Origin: Barthelona sp. PCE
Lineage: Eukaryota
DNA length: 64,000 nt
Direction: 5' to 3'
NCBI GenBank assembly: GCA_040285745.1
Contig: JAUFOR010000008.1
Coordinates: forward strand, 310,001 to 374,000
In this document: one piece after another, positions 49,295 to 59,052 of the stretch
Position numbering within the stretch: the first letter of the stretch is position 1
How the letters are laid out: each line of letters starts with the position of its first letter
Translations under genes and position numbers: made by a program
The notes under the pieces: model-generated
What the model was told of the DNA's origin: nothing
Seen by the model: the letters and a program-made list of their open reading frames with translations, nothing else
The model's database searches: none

Positions 49295-50689
49295 ATGCTT
49301 ACCAAGCTCGAGAAACGCCAGTGTGCTATCAACGAACTGGTAGAAACCGAGATCAGGTATCTCAAATCCCTTTCACTTTTACATTCGCTGTTGCTTGAGC
49401 CTCTTATTCCTTTCATCATGGAGAATGACCCCGACACGGGCAAAATCCTCGAAGACATGGACAAAGACCTTGTGGGTATCATATCTGTCAGTGATTTTTT
49501 GTTATTAGAACTAGGAATATGTGAAGCAATGTCAAAAGACCAAATAGCCCAGGTCAAGGAAGGATATGAAGACCCGGAACAGAAAGTCCTCCATCACGAT
49601 TTGTTTATTCGTGTTGCTGAAACAACCACAATCGATAAGGTTATTCTTGCTCTACAAGGCCTCAGTCCGTTCTTTCGCAAGTACACGGCATATATGGACA
49701 GCCATTGGGCATTAATGGACTTTTTCTCCAAATTTGTCAAAAACAAGTCAGCTGCCGAGTATCAGAAGCTGCAAGAATTAGAAGCGAACCCATTCCTGGA
49801 GCACCAGAACCTCCAAGGCATGCTTATCAAGCCCGTTCAACGTATTCCACGTTATTCGCTTGTTGTAGCCGAAATGTTGAAAAGAACAGAAGAGAACGAT
49901 CCCTATCACCAACCCCTCACCACCCTGTTGGCCAGCATCGACAGTGTCGCCACAGATGTCAACGATAAACTGAACGACATGGAGAGAAGAAGGGAACTTA
50001 TAGACCTGGCACGTAAATTGTCAGGCAGTCATACAGAGATCTTTGTACCACATCGTAGGCTGCTAAAAACTGGGCCCTGCCAGAAATCTAACAGGAGATC
50101 AAAGCTGCAGCCGAGGAAACTGATTCTTTTCTCTGATGAGTTATGGTACACAACAGAAACTTTTGTATTTAAGAGAAGATCACCGTTAATATATATGGAG
50201 ATCGTGGAAGACCAGGTCAATGTCGCTGATCACGGATTCACGATTCGAACTCCGGAGAAAACGTTCACATTGTATTTTGAAGACGCTATCGACTGCGTTG
50301 ATTGGAGGAACTCCATTACAGCGGCTATCAACGAGGTCAAGCGTAAGTCTACACTGCGGTACACCCCAGACATGGCTGCTACGTGGATCCCTGACGATCG
50401 AACCAGCGATTGTATGGGGTGTGGAGTCACATTCACATTCTTCAACAGAAGACATCACTGTCGTGTTTGTGGACGCATATATTGTTCCAAGTGCACGCCG
50501 CATCGCATTGTAATATCGTCACTGAGCGCTGAACCGGCCAGGACTTGTCGTTGGTGTTACTCAGAACATATCGGTGAACGATCGATCACACCTCCGGTTT
50601 GGAAGGATAGACAGGAAGGTACTGTTACAATGGATAACCCTCTACGTACCATTTCTCCACCTGCAATTCGCAATTCGCAACATCTGTAA
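49295..50689 (+). CDS. FGD-like RhoGEF (DH-PH-FYVE)
   Basis: ELVETEIRY, LIKPVQRIPRY, a PH domain and FYVE motifs WIPD...RRHHCRVCG. Confidence 0.93.
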   Translation: MLTKLEKRQCAINELVETEIRYLKSLSLLHSLLLEPLIPFIMENDPDTGKILEDMDKDLVGIISVSDFLLLELGICEAMSKDQIAQVKEGYEDPEQKVLHHDLFIRVAETTTIDKVILALQGLSPFFRKYTAYMDSHWALMDFFSKFVKNKSAAEYQKLQELEANPFLEHQNLQGMLIKPVQRIPRYSLVVAEMLKRTEENDPYHQPLTTLLASIDSVATDVNDKLNDMERRRELIDLARKLSGSHTEIFVPHRRLLKTGPCQKSNRRSKLQPRKLILFSDELWYTTETFVFKRRSPLIYMEIVEDQVNVADHGFTIRTPEKTFTLYFEDAIDCVDWRNSITAAINEVKRKSTLRYTPDMAATWIPDDRTSDCMGCGVTFTFFNRRHHCRVCGRIYCSKCTPHRIVISSLSAEPARTCRWCYSEHIGERSITPPVWKDRQEGTVTMDNPLRTISPPAIRNSQHL

Positions 50690-50722
50690 AATGTGACTTA
50701 TTTTTCCTTTATTAACATTATA

Positions 50723-51583
50723 CTACGTCTCAAATGTGGTTGAGTCTCCATTGTATGCCTCGTCCTTGGGGTTACTCTCTGCATTCAACCGATCACTGAA
50801 GTACACAACACGCTTATTACCTCGACCGTTTCCCTTGGATCTGTTTGGGAATTTATCATCATGGTTTGGCTCTGTTTCCTCCGTAGCAGGTTTCCGCACG
50901 AACAAACCAAAGGGTTCAACTAATGTTTTGAAAAACCCTACGAAAAATGTAAAAAATTGAAGAAATGCTGTCCAATACTTGATATTCTTCACTTTAGTAA
51001 CAATACTTGGCTTCTTAGGCTTCGTCTGAACTCGCACATACACCTTATCAAAAGTATACCCTAAACGGGCAACCGGTAGATCCCGTTCATAGTCTGACGC
51101 TACAAAATCAATTGAGTTGCGTAAAGGGGCTGGAAACACCAACACTTCATTGTCAGGGTCCTCTATGAAGACAGCTGCGATCTCTCCGATAGTTGTGTGC
51201 TCATCAGGCTCAATCATCAATGTGGGGTTACGATCACAGATGAACTTCTCAGGAAGGACTTCACTATGTGAGATAAAAACATTCGCTAAGAGCTGTAACA
51301 GGGAGAGACGGAACATGGAAACTTCACCTGATAAGAAAAGGATTTCATCATCCTCCTCAAAACAACGAAAAACAACCATTTTAATATCTTCATCTATTCC
51401 CAATGCTTCAAAGACACCTGATCCCCGCGAGTTGATCATCACTACAATAGATTTCAACAATTCTTTGTCGAAATTCTTAAAAAAATGCTTAATGTACGGC
51501 CCATCCTCAAACAAACATATTAACATCTCATCTGCGGCTGCTGCACGTGCCTCCGCAAGTGTTGAACCATCTAACACGATCAT
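50723..51583 (-). CDS. UBXN4/erasin-like p97 adaptor
   Basis: N-terminal thioredoxin-like GSTLAEARAAA, UBX-like FPAP loop, hydrophobic hairpin and C-terminal YNGDST resembling UBXN4 WNGNST. Confidence 0.6.
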   Translation of the reverse strand: MIVLDGSTLAEARAAAADEMLICLFEDGPYIKHFFKNFDKELLKSIVVMINSRGSGVFEALGIDEDIKMVVFRCFEEDDEILFLSGEVSMFRLSLLQLLANVFISHSEVLPEKFICDRNPTLMIEPDEHTTIGEIAAVFIEDPDNEVLVFPAPLRNSIDFVASDYERDLPVARLGYTFDKVYVRVQTKPKKPSIVTKVKNIKYWTAFLQFFTFFVGFFKTLVEPFGLFVRKPATEETEPNHDDKFPNRSKGNGRGNKRVVYFSDRLNAESNPKDEAYNGDSTTFET

Positions 51584-51703
51584 CCTACGTAAAAATAATT
51601 CAAGAAGGAGAAAAAAATGAAACAAACTAAAATATTTACTTTAGACCCATACCGAACTCCTCTACCTCTCAAACATCGCAGAGAATGAGGGTCAGATGTA
51701 GTA

Positions 51704-51712
51704 TAAGCCACA
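51704..51712 (-). promoter_or_regulatory. Candidate upstream element TGTGGCTTA
   Basis: 121 nt upstream of the UBXN4-like ATG. Confidence 0.4.
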
Positions 51713-51743
51713 TTGAGTAGAAAATGCTTCTATTTCGAAACCT

Positions 51744-52181
51744 CTAAGAAAAGTACTTGGCCGCTAACTGATCTACCTTTTGCAGAAACGACAATGAAAG
51801 AATGGGTGTGTTGGGAATATATAGAGGATTAAGCAATAACTTAACATAAAGCTGATGAATTTCTGTCATGAACGATCTGGTGTTATCCTCGATCTTTGAC
51901 AGTGACGGCGCGCTGCTGTCGTTGGGGTTCCGTTCACAATATAAAATATACATCACACCGCTCACACCTACAAATCCAAAAACATGAGAGTTTCCAAATA
52001 CGCTGATACACTTCAGAAATAGGTCATCTGTGCACATCATAGCCTCTTTAATGGAATCTATTGATGCGTGGATAATAAACTGATCAACATGAAGCTCCTC
52101 ATCTTGTAAAGCTACAAATGGACGGCTGAACAGAAGAAAATCATCCTTTCCAACAATATTAAAAACGTATTTTGTTCCCAT
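51744..52181 (-). CDS. Sedlin-family TRAPP subunit (TRAPPC2/TRAPPC2L)
   Basis: IVGKDD.LLF, QFIIHASID and IHQLYVKLLLNPLY.PN.PI.S..F..KV. Confidence 0.9.
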   Translation of the reverse strand: MGTKYVFNIVGKDDFLLFSRPFVALQDEELHVDQFIIHASIDSIKEAMMCTDDLFLKCISVFGNSHVFGFVGVSGVMYILYCERNPNDSSAPSLSKIEDNTRSFMTEIHQLYVKLLLNPLYIPNTPILSLSFLQKVDQLAAKYFS

Positions 52182-52361
52182 TGCCCGATAAAACGTATAA
52201 AAAACGTGAAAATGGATAACTTGCGGAATACACTCAAAAACTGAACTACTACAATGTTTACATTATGTAAAAAGATATATACTACGCAGATTAACCACAT
52301 TATCGTGATTTCAACACTGTAGAACATAATAGTTCAGCTATCACATTTTATACCACATTCA

Positions 52362-52589
52362 ATGTCATCCGATTCAAATACACGGGTGAATAGGGGCATA
52401 CTATTCGAGGCAGACCCTGTGGTTATTGACCTTCTCATAAAATTCGACAAGGAAATGCCAAATAGTTTAGGTTTTGCTAAACTTGACGATTCACATATAT
52501 TTACTGACTCCATGGATAACCAAGCTGTCCGGGAGCGTATTGGGGTGTTGCACGAAAAGATTAGCTCTTTCTTTGAACAAGGGCGATAA
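52362..52589 (+). CDS. TFB5: TFIIH subunit p8/Tfb5
   Basis: RGILFEADP and LDDSHIF; 75 aa. Confidence 0.8.
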   Translation: MSSDSNTRVNRGILFEADPVVIDLLIKFDKEMPNSLGFAKLDDSHIFTDSMDNQAVRERIGVLHEKISSFFEQGR

Positions 52590-52600
52590 AAAGTATTTAT

Positions 52601-55600
52601 TTACAAGAGTGACATCTCATAACTGTCTCCAGAGAGCTCTGTGTTCTCCTGTTTGGTAATGGAGCGGATTGTAGGATCCTTCTCTGAAAAGTTAACAAGA
52701 AGATCTTCCAGAAGATAATTTTCTACAGTATCCACCTTATATTCGTGTGTAAAACGACAACTGAGAGTAAAGTGAGACGATGCAGCAGCGATAAAAGATG
52801 TTAACTGCTTACGATCACTGAGCTCAGCAACACTAAGAAGAGGACTACGCATTGACTCTAAACGGGCTTTCTCTATTGTTTTCTCTTCAATTCCCAGTAA
52901 AAACGCAACTCTGGTGATGATGGGGAGCACAGTGACTGGGTAATCATTGAGATTCTCAAACACAGGCATAAGAGGATCCCTTAGAAGCGACCACTGATAG
53001 AAATGAACGTGTTGGAAACCAATGACAAGAATGGTGTCTAAAAGCTTAAGACAGTGCAACATGACGGTATTGTTGATGGTAAGATCGTCTAGAATACGAA
53101 GAATATTGCTAACAACGATAGGGAAGTAAGGCATAACATTGTCTTCATCGTTCTTAATAAACATCGTCCTAAGGAGAATGAGAGCAGCTGATGTGACTGA
53201 TGGGCACTGACTGTCGATGTTCTCCTGTACCTTTTCGATAATGACAGGAAGAGGAAGAGTGTTGTTCGGACACGCGTACATGAGATACGTAAGCCTGATC
53301 AACAACATATAACGCTGACTGTTATCTGCTGTTGCGCTGATCTTGGTCATAACACCACCCGGGCTCAGCCTTTCAATTATGGAGTCCAATGTCTGATAAC
53401 GGTCATACCCACCAGCGTTATCACATGACGTGACGAATCGAAATGCAATGGGGCCCCACATTTGGAGCACGCGGAGAGTGGCAGAACAAAGGAAGGAGTC
53501 GTTCAAAAAGATGTCAAAAGCCTTTGATTTGAATAGCTTTGACCAAGATGATGGACCTTGCGTCAGACTCGAAAAGAAGTATGATACAGGGGGGTTGGTC
53601 GGTGAGAGTTGGGGCAGAACTGCAGAAACAAGCATCTGGACCAGTGTAACATGGTTCTTAGAGCCAAAAATCTTTGTGCGCAGTAAAAAGAATGGAAGTC
53701 TTCGTCCCAACACCCAGCACAGTTTCTTCGCGTACACAGCATTCTTTTCTGCATCGAACTTACGAGTTTGGCGGGGTGACCAGTTTTTCCTTCCCTCAAG
53801 AATCAAGCTAAAATATCGGAACATAACGGTGAGTGTTTCAACCCACTGACGCTGCTCATCCTGACTTACTGACAAGTGACCTTCGTCGTTCTCTGTAAAT
53901 GCAGATTGAGCAGATGGGTCAAAAGAGACATATGAATTAGACAATGCTTCACTCGAAAAAGCATCTGACATCCTCGCTGATCGTGATTGATTAAGTCTGC
54001 GTACGTTACTGTCTGAGAAACATATAATCACATAGTCGACAACGGTCTCAAACAAGAGTAATAGACAGCTTGATGACGTTATATTCTCAAGCAATACATT
54101 AACAAAGGACATGAAATCAGATTTTGAGTTACGTAGCTCCTCTGTATCGAAATAAACCATTATGTTCTTCAAGATATCAACAAGGTGGAATGCAAGATCG
54201 AAACCCGCCCTGTCAAGCAACATGAGGGAATGCATACGCACCAATATGTTAGGGAAACTTGGCATGGTGCTTAAAACAAGTTGGATGAGGGTTTTCTGAC
54301 CTTCGCTAAGCTCAACTGTGGCTGGGTAATCCTTGATTTCAGATTTGCCTTCGACAATGTCGATGTTCACAATTGGAATCTGTTGGGCAACACTCATGCC
54401 AGACCAAGTGCTGTAAACAGCATGGAATAGAACTTCAAGAGGGATACACTTCAACAGATCGACAATAGCCTCTCGCTTCACTTGATCTCCGACATCCTTA
54501 GACTTTTGGACACGTATCCAGTGATCGGTAAGACCACTGAGCAACAGCGGAACGCAATCAAGAAGAGCCTCTTGGGGTGATACCTCCTTCTTCCGCTCTT
54601 CTTCTTCAGTGACAAAGACCTCCTTGGCAATACCAAAGATGAGCTTGACAGGGAAGAAGACTGTGTCAAGGATAATGTTACTATCATCAATGATCTCCTC
54701 ACCCTTATTGTTGTCACTCAAATGGAGGATGGACGTGATGAGCCTCGAAGAAAGCTCAACCAATGGGGCAAGAAGATCTGATGGACAAGAGCCCAGCTGC
54801 TTAATACATGTGATAAATACAGAAAGCATTGTTGCAGCAGATGCACTTTTATCCTCAACAATCAGCTTCTCAACAAGGTCCTTGTACGCCAACAAACAAT
54901 AGAGCTTATTGTTAGTAACAGCGTAATTGATACCACGATGACACACTGATAAAACACTGTCCAGAGAATCTGTTAAAGAATGCACTAACTTCAAAATCTC
55001 AATTTGCAAAGTACTGTTGGGATACTTGGTCGTCAGGTTACCCAAGATAAGATGCAGCTGATTAGGAAGACTGGTCTGTTGAAGAACTGTCTCAGGGATA
55101 AAGGGAAGAATAAACTTCGCAAAGTCACACACAAAGAACTGAACGGAAAGGATCTCGTTGACATAGGGCTGGGTGGGGGCCAGGTGTAAAATATAAATAA
55201 TAAGAGAAACCAAAAAAGATGCATAATCTTCGAAATACATAAGGAACTCCTGTTTATCGTGCGAGGACTGGCTCTCAGGCAGGTATAGACCCAAGAACTT
55301 TGACTGCAAACTGTTTTCCGATCTTTTATCTGCCAAAACTTGCATTACACGATTGGGAGATATGGCAATAAGCTTTTCAAGAATAGTGAACGTATACTTA
55401 ATTCTGCGCTTGTCCAGACGCTGGGCGAGTGTATGTGAGTGCAACTTACTCTCCAGATTGCTACTAAGTAAGAAATCAAGACACGGGAACACCAAGGAGT
55501 GGATTTCACTGATTAGCTCCAGCACGAACCGATATATCATTTGATAGAGCAACGGCTCAGATGACTGGAGGGCATCCAATGTGAGCATGAGTGAACGGGA

Positions 55601-57613
55601 CTCCATAACGGGCGTCTGAAGATTGCTTGTTTTGCTCAGGTTGTACATCTCCAGGTAACGCTCTAAAGATTGTTTGCGGATGTTAAAGTCCTGAGATGTG
55701 ATCTGTCTCTTAAGATAAGAGGAGACTGCACCAGGATGAATGATTGAAAACTGAGAAAACGCAATGCAGTCGTTTGTTTCCCAAAGACATTCAGCAAGAC
55801 GCTTCATAAGGGTGGTTTTGTCGACTGCATGATAGTGCTCTCGAAGCCAGACACCAAAGCCGAAGTATCGTGGGTGTACTGTGATGTACAAGAAAGTCTC
55901 GCATGAAAGAGCGTCCATACGGATGAATTTGTCCAGTAAAGAAACTATTTCATCTTCGTCGTTCTTTGCTGAATTCTCGCTGGCTTCAGTTTCAGTTTCA
56001 ACTTCAGTTTCAACTTCTTTCTGATGATTGCCTGTTACAGCGAGCAACTTCAGTATGAGTTCAAGGTCATCATTCATAGGCTTCTCCTCGTCGAGGATGC
56101 TCCTCAGCAGGTCAAACACGAAAGTGCGCTGCTCAGCAGTTGTAAAACAACGGAGAACATCTAACGAGTGAGTTCCAACCATGGAAATAGAGCCCAAACT
56201 TGGCTCAAAGATGTTGCTGCTGTCTGAACACGGTGGGAACACAAAGACACGGTCAATGAGATCACTGACTAACTGCACAGTCTCATCATCACGTGATGCT
56301 GTCAAAATACGAATCAAAAACTGGGCGAAATGTGATACATCGTGCTCATCAAACCCTTTGGGGGACAAGGTCTTGGAGCTGAAGCACAGGAGGATGACAT
56401 TGTCAAGCAGAAGTTGGAGGATAGAGAGGGACTGTGAACCAATAATGTCTGCTTCAATTGTGTGCATGATATCCCAGATGTCATCGCTGATGTACTGCCA
56501 CAGTGTGCGCAAGGCGATGAATCCAGACTCAATGTGTTGCTTCCTTCCATATTCAAGGGCCATGCGTACAACGTCTTTACGATCAACAAAATCGGTCTCC
56601 ATTGTAGCCTGTTTCTCGACAATTGCAAGCGCAATCTCAGCTGGCCAGGCGGCACATGTTGACATTATCTGCTCCTTTGATGGTTTGATGAACTCATCTT
56701 TATAACGTAATCTTTCTTGTGCCACATAATTCTGCAATGGTGTTGAAAAGATTCGTTCAAGAGCGACAGTGACTGGTGGGAGAGTGACCTCGTTAAGGAC
56801 CTGCCACACACGTCTTAACAAAGACACGTCTCCAGAAGAAAGAATGCGCAGTAGAGCAACTAGAAGATTAAGCTTCTCATCGTCGGAAAATGTGAGAATC
56901 TCATCCCCGAAGTTGAGGATGACGTCGAGACCTGATCTGATAACAAGGGAATCGAAAGATGATAAAGATCCAATTAATGCTTCACTGACAATAATGGGGG
57001 AGATGAGTGATGGCTCTTTAAAACGTTGGATGATGTACTGCAGACCTGAGAAGCGCGTAGAGGGAGATAGACCGACAGATCTAAACAAAGCAGAGAAAAA
57101 AAGCTCTGCTCCACATCCACTTAATAAGGCATCGAGTAATTCCATAATCTCTCCGTATGTTTCACTACTTTCCTCTTCGATACCGGGTAGGATCGAAGTG
57201 AGAAGTGGTGTGAGACAAGGGCCCAGACGAGGACCAAGAGGAACTAAATGGGTTGAAAAAAGTTGGGCTATAATTGGACGTACTGTCATCGTAGCATGCT
57301 GATAGAGCGAGAAGATGGACAGTATGTAGATGGGTAGCTCAGCTGAAAGGTTATCGCTGCCGATTTTGGTGTAAATTGCATCGAAACATTTGAGTGCCTG
57401 CTCATGTACACCTGACGGAAGTTTATGATTGAGGCACTGTGATATCCTCTTACACAACTCATAGCGCATAGGAAGATGCTGTCCGTCAAATTGATCATAC
57501 TTTGAAGCCGTTAAGATACCGTATAGCTTGGTAAGAATCCTTACAAGGTCTGACCATTGGCTTGCGCCCTTAAACAGCTTCAAGATGTTGTTGATTTCAC
57601 GTTCAAAAGACAT
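52601..57613 (-). CDS. DOP1: Dopey/DOP1
   Basis: WSDL, KRISQCLNHKLPSGVH..AL, ILPGIEEESSE (Dopey_N) and a C-terminal Dopey-like region. Confidence 0.93.
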   Translation of the reverse strand: MSFEREINNILKLFKGASQWSDLVRILTKLYGILTASKYDQFDGQHLPMRYELCKRISQCLNHKLPSGVHEQALKCFDAIYTKIGSDNLSAELPIYILSIFSLYQHATMTVRPIIAQLFSTHLVPLGPRLGPCLTPLLTSILPGIEEESSETYGEIMELLDALLSGCGAELFFSALFRSVGLSPSTRFSGLQYIIQRFKEPSLISPIIVSEALIGSLSSFDSLVIRSGLDVILNFGDEILTFSDDEKLNLLVALLRILSSGDVSLLRRVWQVLNEVTLPPVTVALERIFSTPLQNYVAQERLRYKDEFIKPSKEQIMSTCAAWPAEIALAIVEKQATMETDFVDRKDVVRMALEYGRKQHIESGFIALRTLWQYISDDIWDIMHTIEADIIGSQSLSILQLLLDNVILLCFSSKTLSPKGFDEHDVSHFAQFLIRILTASRDDETVQLVSDLIDRVFVFPPCSDSSNIFEPSLGSISMVGTHSLDVLRCFTTAEQRTFVFDLLRSILDEEKPMNDDLELILKLLAVTGNHQKEVETEVETETEASENSAKNDEDEIVSLLDKFIRMDALSCETFLYITVHPRYFGFGVWLREHYHAVDKTTLMKRLAECLWETNDCIAFSQFSIIHPGAVSSYLKRQITSQDFNIRKQSLERYLEMYNLSKTSNLQTPVMESRSLMLTLDALQSSEPLLYQMIYRFVLELISEIHSLVFPCLDFLLSSNLESKLHSHTLAQRLDKRRIKYTFTILEKLIAISPNRVMQVLADKRSENSLQSKFLGLYLPESQSSHDKQEFLMYFEDYASFLVSLIIYILHLAPTQPYVNEILSVQFFVCDFAKFILPFIPETVLQQTSLPNQLHLILGNLTTKYPNSTLQIEILKLVHSLTDSLDSVLSVCHRGINYAVTNNKLYCLLAYKDLVEKLIVEDKSASAATMLSVFITCIKQLGSCPSDLLAPLVELSSRLITSILHLSDNNKGEEIIDDSNIILDTVFFPVKLIFGIAKEVFVTEEEERKKEVSPQEALLDCVPLLLSGLTDHWIRVQKSKDVGDQVKREAIVDLLKCIPLEVLFHAVYSTWSGMSVAQQIPIVNIDIVEGKSEIKDYPATVELSEGQKTLIQLVLSTMPSFPNILVRMHSLMLLDRAGFDLAFHLVDILKNIMVYFDTEELRNSKSDFMSFVNVLLENITSSSCLLLLFETVVDYVIICFSDSNVRRLNQSRSARMSDAFSSEALSNSYVSFDPSAQSAFTENDEGHLSVSQDEQRQWVETLTVMFRYFSLILEGRKNWSPRQTRKFDAEKNAVYAKKLCWVLGRRLPFFLLRTKIFGSKNHVTLVQMLVSAVLPQLSPTNPPVSYFFSSLTQGPSSWSKLFKSKAFDIFLNDSFLCSATLRVLQMWGPIAFRFVTSCDNAGGYDRYQTLDSIIERLSPGGVMTKISATADNSQRYMLLIRLTYLMYACPNNTLPLPVIIEKVQENIDSQCPSVTSAALILLRTMFIKNDEDNVMPYFPIVVSNILRILDDLTINNTVMLHCLKLLDTILVIGFQHVHFYQWSLLRDPLMPVFENLNDYPVTVLPIITRVAFLLGIEEKTIEKARLESMRSPLLSVAELSDRKQLTSFIAAASSHFTLSCRFTHEYKVDTVENYLLEDLLVNFSEKDPTIRSITKQENTELSGDSYEMSLL

Positions 57614-59052
57614 ATAATCGTTTTAGACAAAACTAACAAAATAGAATAATATATAAGCGTTGGTTGGGGTCTGTTAATGCCTTGAGCTTCGCCAATAGTA
57701 AAATTGACGATGAAAAAGGAGAGATAAATGATTTACACGTGTGCATATAAATAGAGCAATGCTGCACTTTTTCGAACACTAAAAGATGTTATACTAGTAT
57801 TAAAATACTTTTGTGGTCATAACTTATCAAAATAGCCTTGTGAAAAAGACCTGCGTAACGTTTATGACAATTTTTTGTTTCATGCTAGTATAAAACAATA
57901 TACAGGTTAATGTATTTATTTTCTACGTGAAAACCCTACACAAATAAAGATCACAGTTTTCTAGGCATATGAGTGAATATTATTAACTGCTTTTCATTAC
58001 TATTAGACTATCTTTTCTCTTTTTTTCAAAGAGAAAACACAGTATTTTCTAAACGCTATTAAATTTCCAAATAGCCAAATGGTAAAAAAAATTTGCCTTC
58101 ATCTAAAATTTCATAATTCAAGTATAATCAGTATTTACACATGGTATTCACATTTTTTGGAAATACCCTGTTGAATTTTGTTCATAATTGTATAAAGAAT
58201 ACAGAGATGGAGATGTTCTTTTTTTTCTTCAAATTATCCCTTATTACATTCAATCATCAAATGAAGCACGAGAATTTACATCAATATTTATGCTTTACCC
58301 TACAAATGTCCACAAATTGAAGGAAATATTGGTATTTGTAAGTGAAACTATACTCTTAGTGCTTGAATCTGGATTCTGGTCAGTTTGTGCATATTTTGAA
58401 CCATGATACGCTGATTAATTGTACATTTATCCACAAATTCTAAACAAAAAAATCACTCAATTTTTCTAAATAAGTACCTTAGTGCAATGTAAAATATGTA
58501 TTTAATATCAGAATTTTTCAGTGCCCTTAATGTTTTTAAAACCACTAATAAATAAAATATCTTTGTATGAGCTCGTACCGGTTTTTAAAATAACATTTAG
58601 TAGTATAAATATTACCAATTAAGGGATTTAGCTCAGTAATTTAAATTTTTAATAATTATTCAGGAACCTGCGAAATTTACTTTCAAATTGTTAGAAATTC
58701 TATGCTAGTTATTGGTAAACTACAGTATATATGTCACAAGGACATCCAGATACTTCTGTAAACTTGTATTAAAAGCAAATTATGGTAAAAAAAAATTCAG
58801 AGATGCACCATATGAGCTTTTTGCAGTAAAAAAAGGCACAGAAATTAAAAATCACACTAGTAAGATAATCAATTTACAAGGAAAGAGATTTTTTGATCCT
58901 TTAAAAAACATTTTTAGGAAAATGCATGCTTTTCGATCAAATTTTCTTTTAACATGGTAAAATATTCTTCTATACCTTCAAAATCAGAACTAGATGATTT
59001 GAATAACTTTACAATCACAATATAGAGCGTTTTCAGAAATATTTTTCTTTTA

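Noticed and set aside
2521-57613. Apparent cluster of trafficking genes (STX6, Yip1, AP5M1, TRAPP, Dopey)
   Set aside because: They are scattered over 55 kb among unrelated genes, as expected in a compact genome.
58623-58700. tRNA-like start GGGATTTAGCTCAGT
   Set aside because: No D-loop GG, anticodon stem, GTTCRA T-loop or acceptor-stem partner follows, so it is not a tRNA gene.
58188-58960. 72-aa and 82-aa ORFs in the long gap
   Set aside because: Non-ATG starts in the track, AT-driven composition and no motifs.
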